24,000 nucleotides of DNA from Bacilli bacterium (GTDB taxonomy: Bacteria; Bacillota_I; Bacilli_A; ML615J-28; CAG-698). Below the pieces are notes generated by a model. The model was given only the letters and a program-made list of their open reading frames with translations, did not search any database and was not told the origin of the DNA. The translations under genes and the position numbers were made by a program. This document shows positions 18,379 to 24,000 of the stretch, in pieces. The DNA lies in the NCBI GenBank assembly GCA_035270985.1, contig DATESD010000171.1:1-24000 (forward strand). The letters run 5' to 3'. Position 1 is the stretch's first letter. Every line of letters begins with the position of its first letter.

Positions 18379-19399
18379 AATTTTATGTCAGACAAATTAT
18401 TTAAATATGCTAGTATAGGTCGCGTGAGAGAAGATTAGGAAAAGCATGATAGGTAATCAACAATAAGATTCTCTAATAAGCCGTGTAGCGATAGGGATCT
18501 CGTAAACAAAACCATATATACATATAATAGAGAAATGCTATTTTTAAAAAAACATATTTTATCAAACAGCAAACGAAGAAGAGGCATAGCTATAAATAAG
18601 GGAAAATTGTCATTTTGTTTATAACTGCCTTTTATTTTGATGTCTTATCAAGTGCCTATAATAAATATTATGTAAAGTAAAATATACATAGGAGCTCGGC
18701 ATAGATATACAAACGATGTTTAAACTTTGAAAGGCAAAATAATATGGTAGTTATATGTGGCTGCTGTTTAATAATTATATTTTTGCTTGTGAGGAGGCAT
18801 AATAGTTTTCCCGGATTTTATATTTATAACGATCTAAAAACAAAAAAATGCAGATAATTAGAGCTTTGTTTTGGCTAATCAGCTAACTGTTGGAGCGCTA
18901 TAGGCGAGTTATATTTTAATTTAGTTGACTGATATGAATTATCTTTACCAGTGAATTCTTTAAAAAGGGAATCAATTTTAGGGCGAACTATTTCTGAAAA
19001 ACACATAAGGATAGTATTAAACGTGGAAAATATTCCTAAAAAAATTATAACGGTTTCACCTAAGCTGGTTATATTTAATTTATTCGCTAATATTTAAAAA
19101 ACCCTTGTAATTTCGCTTTTGTCGGCTTCTTTCTCAAAGGTGATTAATTAACTGTTGTAGGATAGTAAAACGATTACAGGCGAAATAATTGACCTAAAAA
19201 CTACTCTGGCAATAAGACTGCTCTTTTATGTGACCATTAGTATTAAAAGCTTAATTAGTGGCTAAGATAGCATTACTCGAATGCTAATTTATTTATTTTT
19301 AGATTAAGTTCAACCTCTCTTGTGAACAAAAAAAACAGAAATAAATGTACTCATTATTGTATTTGGGTATGTTAAAGCAAATAAAAGCTGGATAAATAA

Positions 19400-19430
19400 A
19401 AAAATGCAGAATTGATCTGCATTTTTATTT
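19400..19430. terminator. Bidirectional intrinsic terminator downstream of the (-) lipoprotein gene
   Basis: AAAATGCAGA-ATTGA-TCTGCATTTTT with flanking A/T runs. Confidence 0.8.
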
Positions 19431-19431
19431 T

Positions 19432-20214
19432 TTAAGGAAATAACACTTTTACTTGGACTGATTTAATCTCATTCGCGGCATTTAACACTTTAAAAGTAAT
19501 ATAATTTTTAGTTGAATCGCGATTTATTAAAGTTCTTTTTGTAACTGCTTGGCTATGAATATCTAAAACTTTTTCTTCAACAAGAACGTATTCAGTATTA
19601 TCTAATGTTGTAAATTCAGTCATTGTTGCTGTAACGATTGTTGAATGTATTAACTGATTTCTGCTATTAAATTCACGAATAACATTATCGTCAGGAGTAT
19701 CAACTTTATTGATTTTTATTATGTAAGACAATACATAATTATAAGTTTTTATAACGACTTCTTCTGATTTATTTAAAAAATAACTTCCTCCAGATATATT
19801 AGTTATTTGATTTTTTAGAGAAAGCTCATAGGTACCATCAGTATTTTTATATATGCCATAAATTAAGATTGGGGTTGTAACGTTTATGCTTTGATAGTAA
19901 TTACCATTGATAAAAGCACAAACACTATCCGGGCTAATAATATCACCATCTAAGTAACTATATTCATATTTAAAGTCAAATAAAGCATCGCCGAGAAAAC
20001 TAATAATAGTGTATTCATCATTTAATATGAATCCGTTAATAGGTATATCATCTAAATTAGATAAATTTTTTATGTTTTCTAGTTCTTCAGTACTTTCGAT
20101 AATAGTCAAACCGACCATTTTTTTTGTTCCCTCTGTAACTTCTCGTTGTAAGCAGCCAGCTAACAGGAACATAGATAAAATTAACATGATCATAATTAGG
20201 TGACGTTTAATCAT
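19432..20214 (-). CDS. Lipoprotein of unknown function
   Basis: Signal peptide with lipobox MIKRHLIMIMLILSMFLLAGC; SD AAGGAG upstream; no recognised domain. Confidence 0.75.
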   Translation of the reverse strand: MIKRHLIMIMLILSMFLLAGCLQREVTEGTKKMVGLTIIESTEELENIKNLSNLDDIPINGFILNDEYTIISFLGDALFDFKYEYSYLDGDIISPDSVCAFINGNYYQSINVTTPILIYGIYKNTDGTYELSLKNQITNISGGSYFLNKSEEVVIKTYNYVLSYIIKINKVDTPDDNVIREFNSRNQLIHSTIVTATMTEFTTLDNTEYVLVEEKVLDIHSQAVTKRTLINRDSTKNYITFKVLNAANEIKSVQVKVLFP

Positions 20215-20362
20215 ATATGCTAGCTCCTTGCTCTAATTATAATTAAAAATAGATTTTTTTTAAGTTTAAATAGTCTTGAAAAGTAATAAAACAAATATTA
20301 ACATATAAATTATAACATAATATCTTTTAAGAAGCAATTAATATTTGTTTGCAATAAATAGA

Positions 20363-20398
20363 AAAAGCATGAAAATTTAATCATGCTTTGTTTTTTTT
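20363..20398. terminator. Bidirectional intrinsic terminator
   Basis: AAAGCATGA ... TCATGCTTT with A-rich/T-rich flanks. Confidence 0.75.
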
Positions 20399-20529
20399 CG
20401 CTTTGCGTATAATCTTATTAAAACGATAGTTTATAGCCCTTTTCTGAGAAGATTATCTTTAATTAAGTGGGTAATTAGCTGTTGTTATCCTCTAATGAGG
20501 GCAATTTTCGTATATTTTTACGATATTTT

Positions 20530-21459
20530 TTAATGCTTAGCTAACCACGTGAAAATATCATTTTTAACTTCTTCTTTACATAATTCTAGCAAGATTTCAT
20601 GGCGAGCTTGATCATATAGTTTAAATGTTAAATCACTCATTTGCTTTTTAACATATGTATTATAAAGCTTAGTTGAATTTTTTCCGCAACCGCCAACAGG
20701 ATCGTTACCACCACTTAAAATCAATAATGGTAAGTCTTTTCTGACTAACTCAAAATTGGCATTAATATCTTTTAAACCTTTGAAAAAATCTTTAAAGTAA
20801 GCGGCTGTAAAGATACCACCGCAATATGGATCAGCAACATATTTATCAACTTCTTTTTCATCACGATTTAACCAATCAAATTCAGTTCGATTAGGCTTAA
20901 AAACATTATTATAAGATTTAAAAGATAAATTATTCAGTAAGTTACTGCGATATCGTCGCCCCTTAAACTTGTTAGTAATTTGGGCAATAAGTAAACCGAT
21001 ACTTAAAAGTAAATTAGGGTTTTGTGAGGAACCACTTAAAATTAAACCGTCTATTTTAGTACCATATAATTGGGCAAAACGCTGGCCAATGAAAGATCCC
21101 ATGCTATGGCCAAACAAAATAATTGGTGAATCTGGATTCTCTTCTTTGATAATTTCACAAATTTCCGATAAATCGGTAACCATTATTTCAAAGTTATCGC
21201 CTTCGCCCATATAACCATAATCTTGTTGGGATAAAATAGTATCTTTATGACCTCTTTGATTATGTCCATAAACAATATAGCCTTTTTGGGCAAGTTCTTT
21301 AGCAAAATCGTCATATCTCTCGATATGTTCGGCCATTCCGTGAGAAATTAAGATGGCTCCTTTAAAAAGTTGTCCTTCTTTAAACCACTTATAGCCTTTA
21401 ATATGTCCTTCATTGCTGAGATTATAAGTAACTGAAACTTTCTTTACTAACTCGTTCAT
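20530..21459 (-). CDS. Alpha/beta hydrolase, lysophospholipase/monoacylglycerol lipase-like
   Basis: ILISHGMAEHIERYDDFAKELAQKGYIVYGHNQRGHKDT, ILFGHSMGSFIGQRFA, LILSGGNDPVGG, YDQARHEILLE. Confidence 0.9.
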   Translation of the reverse strand: MNELVKKVSVTYNLSNEGHIKGYKWFKEGQLFKGAILISHGMAEHIERYDDFAKELAQKGYIVYGHNQRGHKDTILSQQDYGYMGEGDNFEIMVTDLSEICEIIKEENPDSPIILFGHSMGSFIGQRFAQLYGTKIDGLILSGSSQNPNLLLSIGLLIAQITNKFKGRRYRSNLLNNLSFKSYNNVFKPNRTEFDWLNRDEKEVDKYVADPYCGGIFTAAYFKDFFKGLKDINANFELVRKDLPLLILSGGNDPVGGCGKNSTKLYNTYVKKQMSDLTFKLYDQARHEILLELCKEEVKNDIFTWLAKH

Positions 21460-22658
21460 TTTTTCTCTCCTTTTATTAGATCTTTAAGAAAACTTTTACC
21501 ATTTTCCATTGGTTTTAAAGCGAAATTATCTAAAATAGTTGCTCCAACATCACTAAAAGTATTTCTAACGCCTAAATTTTGGCCTTTAAGGCTTGGTGAA
21601 TAAGCAAGGAGTAAAACATACTCTCTTGTATGATCGGTTCCAAAATGGGTTGGATCATTTCCATGATCAGCACAGACAATTAATAAATCATCGTCTTTGA
21701 TGTAGTTTAGTAATAACTTTAATTGTGAGTCAAACTCTTCAAGACAATTAGCATAGCCAATAGCATCACGACGATGCCCGTAAAGAGCATCAAAATCAAC
21801 GAGATTAACAAAACACAAACCATTGAAATCAATCTTTTCGGCAATCTTAATTGTTTCTTCCATGCCGTGGTAATTACTTTTAATTTTTGTTGATGCAGTT
21901 ATTCCCTCACCATCAAAGATATCATTTATTTTACCAATAGCAATTACATCATGATTATTTTCTTTTAAGTAGTCAAGTGCTGTTTGCGCAAGAGGCTTGA
22001 CAGCATAATCATGACGATTTGCAGTCCTTTTAAAAGTTTCATTATTACTACCAATGAATGGTCTGGCAATAATTCTTCCAACCATCCATTCTGGATTTTC
22101 TAAAGTAATTTTACGAGCAATCGCGCAAACACGATATAATTCTTGGAGAGGAACGATATCTTCATTAGCAGCAATTTGTAAAACGGAATCGGCTGATGTA
22201 TAAATTATTAAAGCTTTAGTTTTTACGTGTTCTTCTCCTAAAACTTTAATTATTTCGGTACCACTAGCTGCATAGTTGCCAATAAACTTATGACCGGTTT
22301 CAAGTTCTAACTTTTTAATTAGTTCTTGGGGAAAACCATTGTCAGTAAAGGCGGGAAAACTTTGTTTTACTTCTAGTCCCATCATCTCCCAGTGTCCCGT
22401 TAAGGTATCTTTGCCAACACTTAATTCTTTCATTTTACCATATGAAGCTAGAGGAGATTTGTTTGGTGGAGTGTTATTGATGTCAGTTATATTTCCTATC
22501 CCTAGCTTTGCTAGGGTAGGGATTGAAAAATCTTTTTTACTATGACTAAGATGTTTTAAAGTGTTAGCGCCTTGATCATTATATAAATGGCTATCAGGCA
22601 TTTCGCCAACACCAAGTGAATCAGCGACAATGACAAAAATTCTTTTAAATTTTTTCAA
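21456..22658 (-). CDS. deoB: Phosphopentomutase DeoB
   Basis: MKKFKRIFVIVADSLGVGEMPDSHLYNDQGANTLKHL, GKDTLTGHWEMMG, GNDPTHFGTDHTREYVLLLAYSP; ATGA overlap with downstream gene. Confidence 0.97.
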   Translation of the reverse strand: MKKFKRIFVIVADSLGVGEMPDSHLYNDQGANTLKHLSHSKKDFSIPTLAKLGIGNITDINNTPPNKSPLASYGKMKELSVGKDTLTGHWEMMGLEVKQSFPAFTDNGFPQELIKKLELETGHKFIGNYAASGTEIIKVLGEEHVKTKALIIYTSADSVLQIAANEDIVPLQELYRVCAIARKITLENPEWMVGRIIARPFIGSNNETFKRTANRHDYAVKPLAQTALDYLKENNHDVIAIGKINDIFDGEGITASTKIKSNYHGMEETIKIAEKIDFNGLCFVNLVDFDALYGHRRDAIGYANCLEEFDSQLKLLLNYIKDDDLLIVCADHGNDPTHFGTDHTREYVLLLAYSPSLKGQNLGVRNTFSDVGATILDNFALKPMENGKSFLKDLIKGEKK

Positions 22659-22659
22659 A

Positions 22660-23568
22660 TTATTTGTTCTCCTTTCTAGCTCGTGGATGAGCGGCTAAAT
22701 AAACTTGTTTTAATTTAGCACTATTAATGTGAGTATATATTTCCGTTGTTGAGATATCTTCATGTCCTAACAATTCTTGGATTAGTCGTAAATCAATTCC
22801 TCTTTCAAGTAAATGTGAGGCGAAAGAGTGCCGTAATTTATGGGGTGAAATCGGTTTAGTTATTCCCGCTAGCAAAGCTTTTTCGCGAATAATAACAAAG
22901 AAAGCTTGTCTAGTTAGTGGAGTACCACTCCTTTTGTTCAAGAAAAAATAGTTACCACTTTTAGGCTTTGCCAATTTAGGGCGTGCTTCTTTTAAATATA
23001 AATTCAAAAAATCAATTGCTTCTTCACCAACAGGGACAATTCTTTCTTTATTTCCTTTACCTAAGATTTCCATAAAGCCCATCTCTGGATGATAATCCGA
23101 TAATTTCAATTTAATTAATTCGCTAACGCGTAATCCCGAAGAATATGTTAACTCAATCATGGCTTTATTCCGCATTTCAATAGGGGAATCAATAGTTAGT
23201 GATTGCAATAATTTATCGATTTCATCAATTGATAAAACAGTAGGAAGCTTTTTTTCCTGTTTGGGGTTAGCCACCATTTTTGCAACATTGGTAGTTACAT
23301 ATTTTTCTAACAATAAAAATTTATGGAAAGATTTTAGGGAAGATAACTTTCGCGCCTGCGATGAAGCAGCAATGTGTTTTCTTTTTAAACTGCCGATAAA
23401 AGCCCGAACATCTTCAACTTCAATATCAATCGGTGTGGTTTTCTTACGAACATTTACAATGAAATCACAATATTTTTCAATATCATTTTTGTAACTCTCA
23501 CAAGTGTTAACGCTTAGAGCGAGTTCATCACGAATATAAAACTCATACTCGCGGATATATTTTTCCAT
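22660..23568 (-). CDS. xerD: Tyrosine recombinase XerD
   Basis: TYSSGLRVSELIKLKL, GKGNKERIVPVG, SPHKLRHSFASHLLERGIDLRLIQELLGHEDISTTEIYTHI; xerD-deoB synteny as in Bacillus. Confidence 0.92.
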   Translation of the reverse strand: MEKYIREYEFYIRDELALSVNTCESYKNDIEKYCDFIVNVRKKTTPIDIEVEDVRAFIGSLKRKHIAASSQARKLSSLKSFHKFLLLEKYVTTNVAKMVANPKQEKKLPTVLSIDEIDKLLQSLTIDSPIEMRNKAMIELTYSSGLRVSELIKLKLSDYHPEMGFMEILGKGNKERIVPVGEEAIDFLNLYLKEARPKLAKPKSGNYFFLNKRSGTPLTRQAFFVIIREKALLAGITKPISPHKLRHSFASHLLERGIDLRLIQELLGHEDISTTEIYTHINSAKLKQVYLAAHPRARKENK

Positions 23569-23606
23569 TTAATTATCACCTATTTTCCTGTTAAGTATAA
23601 GCATTT

Positions 23607-24000
23607 TTAAATAAAGTTAACTAAGACCTCATTCATTAAATATAACTTATCAATAGGGACCTTTACCGCAACATTATCATCAACTATCAAGCCTTTTATA
23701 ATTAAATCGCTCAGGAAAGGGTATTTTTGATATATATCGATGCCAAATTTAGTGAAAAAGAGATTTTTGTTAACGCCATCTAATTTTCTTAAACCGAGGA
23801 TCATTTCTTCTGCCATTATTTCATTATCAGTTAAAACGGTAGTTTCTAAATAACTTAATTCTTTATTATCAATCCCGTTAAAATAAGCTTCAAGATTAAT
23901 AATATTAGTGTAACGAATATCGTCAATATAGAAACTTGCTCCGGCACCGATGCCGATGTAGTTTTGATTATTCCAATAGACAAGGTTGTGCTTTGACTGG
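23607..24000 (-). CDS. hemW: HemW-like radical SAM haem chaperone / coproporphyrinogen III oxidase-like, C-terminal part (truncated by window edge)
   Basis: Frame is open to the window end: QSKHNLVYWNNQNYIGIGAGASFYIDDIRYTNIINLEAYFNGIDNKELSYLETTVLTDNEIMAEEMILGLRKLDGV..., matching the HNLxYWxxxxYxGxGxGA signature. Confidence 0.88.
   Translation of the reverse strand, partial: QSKHNLVYWNNQNYIGIGAGASFYIDDIRYTNIINLEAYFNGIDNKELSYLETTVLTDNEIMAEEMILGLRKLDGVNKNLFFTKFGIDIYQKYPFLSDLIIKGLIVDDNVAVKVPIDKLYLMNEVLVNFI

Noticed and set aside
18380-19399. CRISPR array, tmRNA, RNase P RNA or tRNA in the large intergenic region
   Set aside because: No regularly spaced repeats, no T-loop GTTCRAxxC, no tmRNA tag/tRNA-like end and no RNase P core motif seen by eye; a covariance scan would be decisive.
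20399-20529. Small RNA or riboswitch between terminator and lysophospholipase stop
   Set aside because: Only a short weak stem (CCTC-TAAT-GAGG); likely just 3' UTR.
22660-23568. Tyrosine recombinase as a sign of a mobile element or integron
   Set aside because: Sequence and xerD-deoB synteny fit the housekeeping XerD; no att-like repeats, cargo or phage genes nearby.

Overview
AT-rich, low-GC Gram-positive/Mollicutes-like chromosomal segment. TGA acts as a stop (e.g. end of dnaG) and Trp is TGG, so the code looks standard. Gene order on +: dnaG (5' cut by the window) - rpoD/sigA - second, tandem rpoD-like gene - trmK - nif3-like; then ferredoxin (-), yneF-like (+), plsY (-), a parE-parC-centred operon ending with a Fic-fold protein that lacks the Fic motif, a PHP hydrolase and a TPR membrane protein; a YesN/YesM-type two-component system coupled to an MglB-like binding lipoprotein without ABC genes; a ~1 kb ORF-poor region; a lipoprotein (-), and hemW(partial)-xerD-deoB-lysophospholipase, all on -. 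Most of the window is housekeeping. Best leads: (1) tandem primary-sigma duplication of equal length (421 codons each), where copy 2 has the SD at the same spacing but ATT where copy 1 has GTG; (2) an apparent catalytically dead, de-inhibited Fic/winged-helix protein 10 nt downstream of topoisomerase IV genes; (3) a sensor kinase/regulator/MglB-like lipoprotein module with the Ca-binding loop conserved but sugar-contact residues apparently replaced; (4) an unexplained ~1 kb non-coding/decayed region. No CRISPR array, tRNA, rRNA or intact mobile element was recognised.
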